Shown piece after piece: positions 10,572 through 21,576 of a stretch of DNA of 64,000 nt. The notes under the pieces are model-generated. The model made no database searches, had not been told where the DNA came from, and saw nothing but the letters and a program-made list of their open reading frames with translations. Each line of letters starts with the position of its first letter. Within the stretch, counting starts at the first letter, position 1. The position numbers and the translations under genes were made by a program. The stretch is from an uncultured Chloroflexia bacterium (lineage in GTDB: Bacteria; Chloroflexota; Anaerolineae; Anaerolineales; DRKV01). Location: the NCBI GenBank assembly GCA_963824065.1, contig CAWGNX010000001.1:30631-94630 (forward strand), written 5' to 3'.

Positions 10572-10958
10572 GGATGTAGACCCCTCCTCGGATGTGCTAT
10601 GAAGATTGTACAATGAGAGGGAATTTTAATCCAGCAATCGCGAGGAACTAAGCGGTGTTTGCACAGAAAAGATGACCAAGATTGAAAGGCACAAGGCTGA
10701 ATGGAAATAAACCTGTGATCCAAGCCTGACGTTTATCATTAATCCTGCGTTATAGAATAATGCTATTGTGATTCTGAATGGGGAGGAAGTATAGGCAAAT
10801 TTGCTTCGAGTTGTTCTGAGGAGGCAGATAAGGGCGCGGTTCGGCGAACAAAACCCCATGGTGGATGATCCGCGGAGCAGAGGGGATATGCCGCACCGCT
10901 GAGTGACGCGGCGAGAAAAACAGCCGGGGCGAAGGTGTTGAAGTGTTGCGCATGAGAG

Positions 10959-10998
10959 AAAAAAGGACCCCAAGGGTTGCAGAAACCTTTGGGGTCCT
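10959..10998 (-). terminator. Intrinsic terminator after gdh
   Basis: AGGACCCCAAGGGTT...AACCTTTGGGGTCCT stem followed by a U-tract on the minus strand. Confidence 0.8.
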
Positions 10999-11017
10999 CG
11001 GTGAACCATCCTGTAAA

Positions 11018-12306
11018 TCAGATCCAGCCGCGCAGCTCCATGGCCTGGACGACTTTGTTGATCGCCACCATGTAGGCGGCATCGCGCGAGTAAACCTTCT
11101 GGCGTTCGGACATGGCGAGCACATCGTTAAATGCCTGGGTCATCTTGGTATCGAGGCGATCCAGGACTTCGTTCTTGGTCCAGTAGTAATTCATGTCGTT
11201 CTGGACGCTTTCGAAGTAGGAGGTGGTCACGCCGCCGGCGTTGCACAGGAAGTCGGGGATGACAAAGATGCCGTTGGCGCTTGAAGACTTCGTCGGCCTC
11301 GGGCGTGGTGGGGCCGTTGGCGCCTTCTGCCACGATCTTCACCCGTTCGCTGACATCGCTTGACTGTCTCGACATTGATCTGGCCTTCGAGCGCGCCGGG
11401 ATCAGCACATCCACATCCTTTTCGATCCAGGCATCGGCATCTTCGATCACGTAACCCGCCTGCAAGGGCTTTGTCCTTATCGATCGAGCCATACTGATCG
11501 GTGATGGACTGCAGGAAGCGCGGGTCCACGCCGTCTTTTTTGCTGACGGTGTAAGCCATGCGATCTTCGCGATCCCAGTAGGAGACGCAGGCCACTTTGC
11601 CGCCCAGCATGTCGACGAAACCGATGGCAGCATACTGGGAAACGTTGCCAAACCCCTGCAGGGCCGCCCAGCACTTCGTGGAATCCATCTTCAGGTGCTT
11701 CATGGCTTCGCGCACGGTGTAGATCACGCCAAAGCCGGTGGCTTCGGTCCGTCCCAGGGAGCCGCCGCCGCCCAGAGGTTTGCCGGTGATCACACCGGGG
11801 GTGTACTGGCCCACCAGCTTGGAGTATTCATCCATCATCCAGCCCATCATCTGGGGGGTGGTGCCTACGTCTGGCGCGGGGACGTCCTGGCGCGGGCCGA
11901 TGTTGCGCCACATCTGGTCTACCCAGCCGCGGCACAGTCTTTCTTTCTCAGGGGTGGCAAGAGTTGCCGGATCGACCGGCACGCCGCCCTTGCCACCGCC
12001 CAGGGGGATATCCGCGACGGCGCATTTCCAGGTCATCCACATGGCCAGGGCGCGGACGGTGTCCATCGTCTCGGCAGGGTGGAAGCGGATGCCGCCTTTT
12101 GAGGGACCGCGCGCATCGTTGTGCTGCACGCGGTAGCCAAAGAAAACCCGCATGGTGCCGTTCTCCATGCGGACCGGGATCATAAACTTGTATTCGCGCA
12201 TCGGCCAGCGCAGCATTTCAGCCACCTGAGGATCCAGGTTGAGCACGCCGGCAACATGATCAAACTGCGCCTGCGCCATCTGGAATGCGTTTACGGTAAT
12301 CTCCAT
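11018..12306 (-). CDS. gdh: Glu/Leu/Phe/Val dehydrogenase (glutamate dehydrogenase), frameshifted in this sequence
   Basis: KGGIRFHP, GGGKGG, APDVGT, GFGNV and EGANGPTT motifs spread over three frames; about 4 indels between 11270 and 11470. Confidence 0.92.
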
Positions 12307-12462
12307 GCGATCGATTCTCCTGTGTTGGGGTGTGGTGCGGTTGATCGTCCGTTAAAACATATAACGGGCACTCCGGTATGGTGCCCGCTACAATTTTTGG
12401 TCAGGTACATATGCAGAGAATAAGCTCATTAATACATCCCCGGTACCGGTTCCAACAATCCA

Positions 12463-12491
12463 ACGATAACAGATGTCAGACAGGCAGTCAA
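12463..12491 (-). promoter_or_regulatory. Sigma70-like promoter for gdh
   Basis: TTGACT-17 bp-TATCGT on the minus strand. Confidence 0.5.
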
Positions 12492-12720
12492 GTGACGAAG
12501 TTCATGGAATCTGGGATGACCGGACTGAGTCTCCAGGCAAAAGCGAAGAATTCCAGGAAGGATCAATTTCACTCACCCGATTCACAGGGGATGGTTCACT
12601 CCGCTGCGCTTCGTGCAGCATGCCAACCGGCGCTGGTGACTTACCTGGCTGGCTAGCCACCAGCCCTGCTTCACGGCAATTGGCCACGTTAAGCATCAAA
12701 ACTCGGCTGGAAAAACCAAT

Positions 12721-14190
12721 TCAAGCGCTTTTCTTAAGCGCCTCAAGCTGGGCTGCCAGCTCCTCCCGCAGCATCTGGGGGTTTGCCTGGCCACGCGCCT
12801 GGCGCATGACCTGCCCAAACAGCCAGTTAAACAGGCCATCCTTCCCGGTCAGGAATTCGGCAACCTGATCCGGATTCTCAGCTAATACGCGCTGCACCAT
12901 CCCCCGAATGGCTGTGCTGTCGGAGATCTGCCCCAGGCCGCGCGCGGCGATAATTTCCCCGGCGGGCTTCCCGCTGGCGAACATTTCTGCCAGCACGATC
13001 TTGCCCGTATTCTGGTTAACCAAACCTTCGTGGACGAGCCGCAGCAAGTCGCCCAGGGCCTGCGGGGTAACCCTTACCTGGTCAATGCTCTGCCCGCTTT
13101 CATTCATCAGACCAAACAAAGCCCCGCTGATCCAATTGGCGGTCACGCGCGGGGCCACGCCAGCGGCTACCTGCACTGTGGTTTCAAAGTAATCTGCGAC
13201 GAGACGTTCAGCCACCAGAACAGAAGCGTCCTCAGCCGGCAGCCCGTACTGCTCCTGGAAGCGGCGTAGGCGCGCAAACGGCAGCTCCGGCAGGCTGCGG
13301 CGGATCTCATCCACCCAAACTGCTTCCACAACCAGCGGCGGCAGGTCGGGCTCGGGAAAATAGCGGTAATCGTCTTCGGTTTCCTTCACACGCTGAGTAA
13401 AGGTGACATCGCGCACATCATCCCAGCCCACCGTCTGCTGCTGCACCAGCTGCCCGGATTCGAGCAAACCGATCTGGCGCTCGATTTCAAAGGCCGTCCC
13501 GCGCTCCAATCCGCGGAACGAGTTGAGATTCTTGATCTCGACGCGGGTCCCCAGAACATCCGAACCGCGCCGGCGCACAGAAATATTCGGCTCTATGCGC
13601 ATCACCCCTTTTTGCATATCCCCCGAGTTCACCTCCAGGTAGCGCAGCAAGGAACGCAGCGCCTCGGCATAGGCGCGCACTTCTTCTGGCGAATGCATAT
13701 CCGGCTCGGTGACAATCTCCAGCAGCGGCACTCCCGCCCGGTTCAGGTCAACCAGCGAGTAGGCCTCGCCGTTCTGACTGACATGGGTCAGCTTGCCGGT
13801 ATCCTCCTCCAGGTGCACACGGCGAATGCGGATGTTTTTTTCACCGGCGGGGGTCTGGACTGGCAGATAGCCGTTCCGCGCCAGCGGCTGCTCATACTGC
13901 GAAATCTGAAAACCCTTGGGTAGATCTGGATAGAAGTAGTTCTTGCGGGCGAAAATGCTGGTTTCAGAGACCTGGCAGTTTAATGCCAGCGCAACCAGGA
14001 TCGCAAACTCCACTGCTTTTTGATTGACCACCGGCAGGACTCCCGGCATACCAGCACAAACCTCGCACACAGCGCTGTTTGCAGCCGCCTCAGTGGGGTC
14101 TACCACCGGGCAGGCGCAGAACATCTTGGAGGCGGTTTGCAGTTCGGCATGGATTTCCAGGCCGATGACTGGTTCATACTCATTCACCAT
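12721..14190 (-). CDS. gatB: Asp/Glu-tRNA amidotransferase subunit B
   Basis: [34 protein letters not shown] and [10 protein letters not shown] motifs. Confidence 0.97.
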   Translation of the reverse strand: MVNEYEPVIGLEIHAELQTASKMFCACPVVDPTEAAANSAVCEVCAGMPGVLPVVNQKAVEFAILVALALNCQVSETSIFARKNYFYPDLPKGFQISQYEQPLARNGYLPVQTPAGEKNIRIRRVHLEEDTGKLTHVSQNGEAYSLVDLNRAGVPLLEIVTEPDMHSPEEVRAYAEALRSLLRYLEVNSGDMQKGVMRIEPNISVRRRGSDVLGTRVEIKNLNSFRGLERGTAFEIERQIGLLESGQLVQQQTVGWDDVRDVTFTQRVKETEDDYRYFPEPDLPPLVVEAVWVDEIRRSLPELPFARLRRFQEQYGLPAEDASVLVAERLVADYFETTVQVAAGVAPRVTANWISGALFGLMNESGQSIDQVRVTPQALGDLLRLVHEGLVNQNTGKIVLAEMFASGKPAGEIIAARGLGQISDSTAIRGMVQRVLAENPDQVAEFLTGKDGLFNWLFGQVMRQARGQANPQMLREELAAQLEALKKSA

Positions 14191-14234
14191 ACACAATTCC
14201 TTTAAGCCGTGTTTACGGCAAACCCAGGCAGTTG

Positions 14235-16097
14235 TTATTCCGAGCCGCGCACTACATAGTTATCAAAAGCCATGATGAGATCACCTTCGTCCCAGGTGCC
14301 TGCAATCAGGCCGACATCGCCGGTTTGATGCGAGCCATCCTGGACTTCAGCAAGCAGGATGCCGTCCACAGAGAGGATGAGCTGGTCGCCGATACAGGCA
14401 CCGGTCACGCTGACGTCCGTCGTCTGCGGAATCTGGCTTGAATAGGTCCACTCCACCAGGTTGTAAAATTCGCCACCTTCGGCTTTCCAGATGGCAAAGT
14501 AGCCATCCTCAGACACTTCCAGGGCGTAAAAATTCTCTTCATCGCTGTAGCGGCAGATCAAGCCAAAATCACCCGTGCCGGTGGACTGGACGGCGCGCAC
14601 ATCCACGGTAATCACCACATCCCCGAAGCTCTGTCCCGGATTGGACCAGGCATAATAATTATCCGGGTGAACTTCGATTAAGTACTCGCCCTCGGTGTAG
14701 CTGCGATTGGCGCTGTCATCGCCGCCAATATCCCAGCCGCTCTGCGGATTGGAAAAGGCATCTTGAAAAAGGACTTTGCCTTCCAGGGGGATTTCGGCCT
14801 GCTCTGACTCCAACGAGCCGATCATTACCTCGCCGCGCTGGGCAGCCTCGATTAATGGAATTGCCAAGCTGATGGGGCGCAGAGCATTGATAAATCCACC
14901 CGTGGGCACACAACTATCAAGCTCATCGATGACGCCATCGCGGTTGGTATCCGCCAGCACCCGGCAGTCCACAAACTCATCCTCACCGCCGTAGCCCAGC
15001 TGGGTAGGGACGCCGATCAGCTCGCCGCTGGCATTGGCAGCCAGCCCGCCGCTGTTGCCCCCGGCGATAGTGGCGGAGGTTTTGATAAAGGAACGGTCGC
15101 CGCGACCCGATTCGGAGGTAAAGCCGCTGACTTCACCGCGCGTCAGGGTAATCGTCTCCCCGCCAATGCCCGGGTAGCCCAGGATTGTAATCGCATCACC
15201 CAGGTGCAGTGTATCCGAGTCACCCAGGGGCACAAACGGCAGGTCCAGCGTCGCTGCATCGACCGGGTTCCCGTCCAGATCGCTGACAATCCGGATGACA
15301 GCGATATCGAGCAGGGGGTCCGCCTGGAGCACCTCGGCGATGTAGCGGCGCAGCGGCGGCTGGTCATCCCGCTCAGTAATCCCCACTTGCAGCTCCTCAA
15401 CGGCATAATATTTATCCGGCAAAACAACATGGGCGTTGGTCAGGATCAAACCATCAGCGGTAATAAGCGAGCCTGAGCCGCTCCAGCCGGTATCCAACCG
15501 GTCACGGTCACGCACCATGGCAAAAATCTGCACCACCGCCGGGAATGGGATCTCACCCAGAGTGGGCCGAGGAGTTGATGTCTGTTTCGGCTGCACAGTA
15601 GGGCTGGGTTGGGCTTGGATCTGTTCAGCGAGGATGGCAGCGCTCACCGGAACTACAACGGAAGAATTTGCAACCTTAACAGCGAGGACACCCTGGTAAT
15701 CACCCGGCTGCTGGCTATTCAGCTCAAAGGAAAGGATAACCGAGCTGCCCGGAGCAACCGGCAGATCAAACAAGATTTCACCGTTGGCTTGCCGTCCCCG
15801 TTCGGCTGGCTTAACCGTACGCAGTTCTGCGCCTACCAGGAGCTCCGCTGGCAAGGCGACTGAATCCACGACGAATTTCCGGCTGCCCAGATTGCGGATG
15901 GTGACCAGGAGTTCCAGCACTTCATCTTGATAAACACGGGTGGGATTTACCTGAACAGCAACGTCGTAAATTGGTGCGCCAATACGGCTCGAGAGCAGGT
16001 TTACCATCCCGTAACCACTGGCAAAAACCAGGCCGCCGCATAGGAAAACCAGCAGCAGCAATCCACAACCAAGCAGTAACGTTCTGTTACGAGACAT
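14235..16097 (-). CDS. Membrane-anchored trypsin-like serine protease with C-terminal beta-sandwich (DUF1080-like) domain
   Basis: TNAHVV / DIAVI / GNSGG catalytic triad; N-terminal hydrophobic anchor; C-terminal LFQDAFS...GDVGLIAG...FDNYVV. Confidence 0.82.
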   Translation of the reverse strand: MSRNRTLLLGCGLLLLVFLCGGLVFASGYGMVNLLSSRIGAPIYDVAVQVNPTRVYQDEVLELLVTIRNLGSRKFVVDSVALPAELLVGAELRTVKPAERGRQANGEILFDLPVAPGSSVILSFELNSQQPGDYQGVLAVKVANSSVVVPVSAAILAEQIQAQPSPTVQPKQTSTPRPTLGEIPFPAVVQIFAMVRDRDRLDTGWSGSGSLITADGLILTNAHVVLPDKYYAVEELQVGITERDDQPPLRRYIAEVLQADPLLDIAVIRIVSDLDGNPVDAATLDLPFVPLGDSDTLHLGDAITILGYPGIGGETITLTRGEVSGFTSESGRGDRSFIKTSATIAGGNSGGLAANASGELIGVPTQLGYGGEDEFVDCRVLADTNRDGVIDELDSCVPTGGFINALRPISLAIPLIEAAQRGEVMIGSLESEQAEIPLEGKVLFQDAFSNPQSGWDIGGDDSANRSYTEGEYLIEVHPDNYYAWSNPGQSFGDVVITVDVRAVQSTGTGDFGLICRYSDEENFYALEVSEDGYFAIWKAEGGEFYNLVEWTYSSQIPQTTDVSVTGACIGDQLILSVDGILLAEVQDGSHQTGDVGLIAGTWDEGDLIMAFDNYVVRGSE

Positions 16098-16128
16098 CAG
16101 ATACCTTTAAATTAGTTTGCAGTCAAAA

Positions 16129-17310
16129 CTACCCGTAGCGGAGCATGAAACGCTCAATCCGCCGCAGGGCTTCTTCAATTTTTTCATACGCAGTTGCATA
16201 CGAGCAGCGCACGAACCCCTCTCCACCAGCACCAAATGACGAACCCGGGACAACTGCCACCCGCTCCTCCTCGAGCAGCCGTTGGGCAAAGGTTTCATCA
16301 TCCATACCGCTGGCGGCAATGTTTGGGAAGGCGTAAAACGCGCCCCGTGGCTCAAAACAGGTCAGGCTAAGCTCGTTCAAGCCAGCGACAATCAAACGGC
16401 GGCGGCGATCATATTCGGCACGCATCTCCTGCACAGACGATTCACCGTTTTGCAGCGCTTCGAGCGCGGCAAACTGGGCCGGGGTTGGGGCAGACATGAT
16501 CGTATATTGGTGTATACGCACCAGCCCCTTCAGGATGCCCGCCGGCGCGGCCGCGTAACCGATGCGCCAGCCGGTCATCGCATAATCTTTGGAAAACCCT
16601 CCCAGAGTGACCGTACGCTCTCGCATGCCGGGCAGACCGGCAAAACACACATGCGGGACTCCGTAAACCAGGCGGTCATATATTTCGTCGGAAATCACAA
16701 TCAAATCGTGCAGTTCAGCCAGGTGGGCCACTTCGAGCAGCACTTCACGGGAAGCGACCGCGCCGGTCGGGTTGTTTGGATAGCCGATCAGAATGGCCTT
16801 GGTGCGCGGGGTGATGGCTGCTTCCAGCTCGGCTACATTTACCTGGAAACCAGTCTCCACCCGGCTGGGCAGTTCAACCGCCACACCACCGGCAAGAATC
16901 ACTTCCGCCTGGTAAGAAACAAAACAGGGGGTAGGGATAATCACTTCCTCCCCGGGCTCTAAAAGGGCGGTCAATGTCAGGTAAAGCGCCTCTGAAACAC
17001 CCACCGTAGCCACAATTTCGGTCTGCGGGTCGTAGCTTACACCGTACAGACGCTCCAGGTGGACAGCTACCGCCTGGCGCAGCTCCAGCATCCCGGCATT
17101 GGATGTATAGTGGGTTGCGCCATTTTCCAGCGAACGGATACCGGCCTGCAGGATGGGTTCAGGGGTCATAAAATCCGGCTCACCGATACCGAGCGAGATA
17201 ACATCCTGCATGGTGGCGACTATATCAAAAAATTTGCGGATTCCAGATGGTTTCAGTCCAACGACCCGCCGGGCAAGGTACCGTTCTGCTGTGTCCACAC
17301 CAGTTTTCAT
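16129..17310 (-). CDS. PLP-dependent aminotransferase class I/II
   Basis: LGIGEPDF, PNNPTG, DEIY and GFSKDYAMTGWRIG motifs; ATGA overlap with the upstream ORF. Confidence 0.95.
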   Translation of the reverse strand: MKTGVDTAERYLARRVVGLKPSGIRKFFDIVATMQDVISLGIGEPDFMTPEPILQAGIRSLENGATHYTSNAGMLELRQAVAVHLERLYGVSYDPQTEIVATVGVSEALYLTLTALLEPGEEVIIPTPCFVSYQAEVILAGGVAVELPSRVETGFQVNVAELEAAITPRTKAILIGYPNNPTGAVASREVLLEVAHLAELHDLIVISDEIYDRLVYGVPHVCFAGLPGMRERTVTLGGFSKDYAMTGWRIGYAAAPAGILKGLVRIHQYTIMSAPTPAQFAALEALQNGESSVQEMRAEYDRRRRLIVAGLNELSLTCFEPRGAFYAFPNIAASGMDDETFAQRLLEEERVAVVPGSSFGAGGEGFVRCSYATAYEKIEEALRRIERFMLRYG

Positions 17311-17522
17311 CGAAGTTCGACCCTCCATGTGTCGTTACTTTCATCATAAATTAGTTCAAACAAGCGCCCATCGCCAGCCTGTACTACAAATAATTTCCCG
17401 GTCGGTGTCCGATTTTCGATCAGGATAACGTCCACAATTAACCGTGCACCCTCCCATTCGAATGCCACCGGCCGGCTGGCGTAGCTGCTGCTTGAAAAAC
17501 AGGTGACTTTCGCTTCCACCAT
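17307..17522 (-). CDS. Small conserved hypothetical protein (DUF6504-like)
   Basis: RPVAFEWEG...FVVQAGDGRLFELIYD...W; translationally coupled within the operon. Confidence 0.65.
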   Translation of the reverse strand: MVEAKVTCFSSSSYASRPVAFEWEGARLIVDVILIENRTPTGKLFVVQAGDGRLFELIYDESNDTWRVELR

Positions 17523-17539
17523 CAGTGTTCTCACTGCGA

Positions 17540-18553
17540 TTATAAATGGAGCGAGGCATTATCCCCGATATTCACCTCATCCGGAGTACCCCTGATCTCA
17601 ACGCTGCGCCCAACCAGCGAACCATCCAACACGGCGGTAATAATCCGGGAGTCATTTTCTACAATAGAGTTCCGAATCACGCTTGATTCGATCACGCAGC
17701 CGGGTCCAATCGAAACAAACGGACCGATGACCGAATTCTTTATCTCTGCAGCCGGGTCGATGTTAACCGGAGGGACGAGTGCGACCCCACTCCGGGCGGC
17801 TGCCTGTTGGGAATTATCCCAGCCGTGTTCCAGCAAATAGCGGTTGGTCTCGAGCACAGTTGCAGGCACACCGGCATCCAACCAGGCATCGACTTTTTGG
17901 GTCCGCATTTGCAATCCGCGCTCCAGCATAATGTTGATCGCATCGGCCAGAAAAAATTCGCCTTTCAACTGAACGTTGCGCCGGATTTGTTCTTCAATGG
18001 AAGCCAGCAAATCTTCAGACTGTTTGAAATAATAAAACCCAACAACCGCCAGATTGTTGCTCATATCCTGGGGTTTCTCAACCAGGCGGGTCACTTGTCC
18101 GGCGCCGTCCACCACCACGACCCCAAAGCGGCGTGGGTCTTCCACCGGCTTGACCCAGGCAATGCCTTCGATCGCTGGATCATTAAGCATCCCCAGATTA
18201 GATTCAATCAACGTGTCGGCAAAGACCATTAACATCGGGCCGCGCAGCAGGTCTTTGGCAAGATAGATCGCATGCGACTGGCCGCGCATCTCTGGCTGGA
18301 TGACATAGTGGACTTTCATGTGGGGATAATATTCATCCATGAATGGTTTAAACTGGTCGCCGAGATAACCGATGATAAATATCAGCTCAACATTGTCGGG
18401 GTCTGGCAGGGTTTTTAACATATCTAACACATAGTCAAGCACCGTTTGACCGGCAATGCGCAAAAGCGGCTTCGGCCGGCTCCACGTATGGGGGCGCAAG
18501 CGGGTACCAAATCCTGCCATGGGGATGACAACTTTGAGTGTTTCTTGAGTCAT
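17540..18553 (-). CDS. Sugar-phosphate nucleotidyltransferase
   Basis: AGFGTRLRPHT..PKPL and VEKP motifs; C-terminal hexapeptide repeats. Confidence 0.92.
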   Translation of the reverse strand: MTQETLKVVIPMAGFGTRLRPHTWSRPKPLLRIAGQTVLDYVLDMLKTLPDPDNVELIFIIGYLGDQFKPFMDEYYPHMKVHYVIQPEMRGQSHAIYLAKDLLRGPMLMVFADTLIESNLGMLNDPAIEGIAWVKPVEDPRRFGVVVVDGAGQVTRLVEKPQDMSNNLAVVGFYYFKQSEDLLASIEEQIRRNVQLKGEFFLADAINIMLERGLQMRTQKVDAWLDAGVPATVLETNRYLLEHGWDNSQQAAARSGVALVPPVNIDPAAEIKNSVIGPFVSIGPGCVIESSVIRNSIVENDSRIITAVLDGSLVGRSVEIRGTPDEVNIGDNASLHL

Positions 18554-19056
18554 TCACTTTTCTCCTGAACTGGTTGAGCGGATGAAGATTCACCCGGCGG
18601 GGCTATCTGCCGCCGGTAAGGTATCAATAAAATAAAACCGGCTGCAATGACCGCCTGGCCCAGCAGTACACCAATCTCCTGCCAGGGGCCAAACAGCGGA
18701 ATACCCGGCAAGGGTTGGGTCCCCAGGCCGAAAATGTCCGCCATACCGGTTGCGACGGCTATGACGTAGCCAGTTGCGACCAGGCGCAGCCCGATATCAG
18801 CCAGGATGGATTTTTCCTGACCGTTCCACAGAGCAGCCAGGCTGAGGTAGCCACCCGTGCAGATCAAAGCCAGCCCCACCAAGAAGACTGCAATCTGGAC
18901 AAAGCCTATCACGGGGCTGCGGTCCAGGCCGTAGACCTGTGGGGCGGCTCCAAGAACAAAAACCAGGAAACCGATGACGGTGATGCTCAACCCGGTGCGA
19001 ATACGCTGCTGGTAGTTCGGCCGGTAGAGCGGGGTGGTCTCAACTTCAGTCGTCAC
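18550..19056 (-). CDS. Hypothetical 4-TM membrane protein
   Basis: Four hydrophobic segments; 4-nt overlaps with both neighbouring genes. Confidence 0.7.
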   Translation of the reverse strand: MTTEVETTPLYRPNYQQRIRTGLSITVIGFLVFVLGAAPQVYGLDRSPVIGFVQIAVFLVGLALICTGGYLSLAALWNGQEKSILADIGLRLVATGYVIAVATGMADIFGLGTQPLPGIPLFGPWQEIGVLLGQAVIAAGFILLIPYRRQIAPPGESSSAQPVQEKSE

Positions 19057-20165
19057 GGCAGGCAGCCTCGCAGCACGCCCAGCCAATTGCCGCTGAATAT
19101 GGCTTCAATATCGGCAGCGCAGTAGCCTTTATCCTCCAGGAGAGGCACCAGCTGCTGCAAATCGGCAATCGAATCCACTCCTGAGGGCACTGATTGCAGA
19201 CCAAAGCCACCGTCAAAATCGGAGCCGAGCGCGGCGTGGTGAGCATCCCCGGCTTGCTGGCAAATATAATCGATTTGGGCAACCACATGGTCGAGTGTGA
19301 CCGCAGCTCGCCCGCCTTTTTCCTGCCATCCGGGCAACAAAAATCCATTCGCCAGGACCACTCCAATAACTGCCTGGCGTTCCAGGAGTCCCTGAATCAC
19401 CCGGTCCGAAAGGTGCCGATTGCTTTCGGCATCGGGCAGCAAAGCCAGGGCATTGCTGTGAGAGGCAATCACCTGGCGCGGATAAAGATCGAGCGCCTGC
19501 AAGGCGGCCTGCTCATCCATGTGGCTGATATCCAGCACAAATCCAACCTCTGCCATGCCTGCCAACAGGGCCACACCGTCTGCAGTCAGCGGGCCGGGCT
19601 CGCGGGTACCGCCGCAAAAGCGCGTCCCCGCCCAGGCAGGCCCAATCAACCGCACGCCGCCCTGCCACCATTCACCCAATTCATCCGGGGAGCGCACCCC
19701 CTCAGCATTTTCTATCAAAATCACCAGACCAACGGGCAGATCGGGCAGATCGCGATCTACGGCACCCTGCCATTCAGCCAGGTGGCTTTCCAGGTCGACA
19801 CGGCTGCCGATCAATCTGAATTTCCTGGGGTGACGGTCGACCAGGTTGGCGTACACATCCAGCTGCTGGCGATAAAGGGCATGGGCTTCAGGCATGGTCG
19901 CATAAACCAATGTATCCCAATCGCCCAACCTGCGCCGGATGGGAGCTGCGAACAGAGTCGCAAATACCAGCCCCACCCGGCCGCGCTGGTACTCGGGCCA
20001 ACCCAGCAGCGTATCCCCATTCCGCGCCGGCGTATCGGTCCCGGATTCCAGACGGCGGGTCCGTTCTACCGGGCGCGTATAATCCCTTTTAAAGGAAAGA
20101 ATATTAAACGCCAGGTCCTGGTGACCGTCAATCAGCAAAGGCTTAGGTAGTGTGGTAGCCATCAT
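19053..20165 (-). CDS. Membrane dipeptidase (peptidase M19)
   Basis: DGHQD, DISH, SHSN and GSDFDG motifs. Confidence 0.92.
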   Translation of the reverse strand: MMATTLPKPLLIDGHQDLAFNILSFKRDYTRPVERTRRLESGTDTPARNGDTLLGWPEYQRGRVGLVFATLFAAPIRRRLGDWDTLVYATMPEAHALYRQQLDVYANLVDRHPRKFRLIGSRVDLESHLAEWQGAVDRDLPDLPVGLVILIENAEGVRSPDELGEWWQGGVRLIGPAWAGTRFCGGTREPGPLTADGVALLAGMAEVGFVLDISHMDEQAALQALDLYPRQVIASHSNALALLPDAESNRHLSDRVIQGLLERQAVIGVVLANGFLLPGWQEKGGRAAVTLDHVVAQIDYICQQAGDAHHAALGSDFDGGFGLQSVPSGVDSIADLQQLVPLLEDKGYCAADIEAIFSGNWLGVLRGCLP

Positions 20166-21225
20166 CCAATAACCGTTCGGCAATCTGGCGGTCTACTTTT
20201 CCCATCGGGTAATCAGCCAGCTCTGGCAGACGCACCCAGGCAAGAGCGCGGTGTTCCAGCGCCTGCGGGGCGGCACCATTCGCCAGCCGGCAGGCAAAAG
20301 CATGCAGCGTGATGCGAAAGTGCGAAAAAGCGTGGGTATAAACACCAAGCCCTGCACCAACTTCAATCTCCACCGCAAGTTCTTCACGCAGTTCGCGCTG
20401 CAACCCTTGTGCCAGGGTTTCGCCAGCCTCGATTTTCCCACCCGGGAATTCCCACAGCCCGCCCAGCAAACCGGCCTCCGGTCTCTGAGCAATCAACACC
20501 TGGTTTGCACGCTGGAGGACAGCAGCGGTAACCGTGTAATGGGGGACGTCCTTTTTAGGCAGGCGCACGGGACGTTCCTCCTGGATACCCAGGGCATAGG
20601 CGGCGCACAGGTCGGTCAAGGGGCAATTGGGGCAATCCGGGCTGCGCGGGGTGCAAACCGTTGCTCCAAGATCCATCAGGGCCTGGTTGTAATCACCGGC
20701 ACGGCCCGCAGGCAGGTGCAATTCCGCCAGCTCCCACAACAAGCGTTCGCCCGCGTTCGACCGGTCGGGAAGCTCAACATTAAACACGTGTGCCAGTACG
20801 CGGCGGATATTCCCGTCGAGTGCGGCTGCGTCCTGCCCGAATGCCAGCGAGGCGATCGCCCCGGCTGTATAACGCCCTATTCCTGGCAAACTTTGCAGCT
20901 CTGGCAAGGACCTGGGCAGGTGACCGCCATACTCGCTGACGACCTTTTGGGCAGCCCGGTGAAGGTTGCGCGCCCGGCTGTAATATCCCAGTCCTTCCCA
21001 GGCATTTAATACTTCCTGCTGGCTGGCAGACGCAAGCGCCTGCAGCGTGGGAAAGCGCGCCATCCATAATTCATAATAGGGATAAACCGTCTCTACCCGG
21101 GTCTGCTGGAGCATAATCTCCGAGACCCAAACCGCGTAGGGGTCTGGCTGGTTGCGCCAGGGCAGGCGGCGGGCGTGACGGGCATACCAATCCAATAAAC
21201 GGGACGCCAGGGGAGAAACCATCAT
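20143..21225 (-). CDS. mutY: A/G-specific adenine glycosylase with NUDIX C-terminus
   Basis: SEIMLQQT, GLGYYSRARNL, HhH LPGIGRYTA, Fe-S cluster CxxxxxxCxxCxxxxxC, WEFPGGK. Confidence 0.96.
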   Translation of the reverse strand: MMVSPLASRLLDWYARHARRLPWRNQPDPYAVWVSEIMLQQTRVETVYPYYELWMARFPTLQALASASQQEVLNAWEGLGYYSRARNLHRAAQKVVSEYGGHLPRSLPELQSLPGIGRYTAGAIASLAFGQDAAALDGNIRRVLAHVFNVELPDRSNAGERLLWELAELHLPAGRAGDYNQALMDLGATVCTPRSPDCPNCPLTDLCAAYALGIQEERPVRLPKKDVPHYTVTAAVLQRANQVLIAQRPEAGLLGGLWEFPGGKIEAGETLAQGLQRELREELAVEIEVGAGLGVYTHAFSHFRITLHAFACRLANGAAPQALEHRALAWVRLPELADYPMGKVDRQIAERLLDDGYHTT

Positions 21226-21245
21226 ACCCACAATCAACCAGGGGA

Positions 21246-21549
21246 TTACATTTGGAAACCAGTTCGTGCCGGAACGACCTTAAATTTAAAGTCCTCAACA
21301 AAGTCCATCAATTCGTTGGTCAGTTTCTGCCAATCATCGGAGCCAAGCACCTGCTCGAGGTTGGTCCGGTTTGAGGACACTGACTCCTGTCAGGATCTGC
21401 GGACACTCACCGTACATCGTGAACCATGCATCGCTGGGCTCTAGGCCCATCCGTTGGATCCCGGGCAAAAATTCTCTGACCACAAACTCAAAGTAGTCCT
21501 GCTCTCGCCCTGCCTGGATATCCCAAGTCATCAATAATTTAACGGACAC
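21246..21549 (-). CDS. Small hypothetical protein, one frameshift near 21370
   Basis: MSVKLLMTWDI...QILTG continues in another frame as NLEQVLGSDDWQKLTNELMDFVEDFKFKVVPARTGFQM; AGGAG RBS. Confidence 0.7.
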
Positions 21550-21576
21550 AATTTGCTCCTATTGCAGCGTGCACAA

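Noticed and set aside
10572-10960. Possible oriC upstream of dnaN
   Set aside because: No dnaA nearby and no cluster of TTATCCACA-like boxes; only isolated matches with two or more mismatches.
12490-12507. Rex-like operator near the gdh promoter (GTGAC-GAAG-TTCAT)
   Set aside because: Too many mismatches to TTGTGAA-N4-TTCACAA to support.
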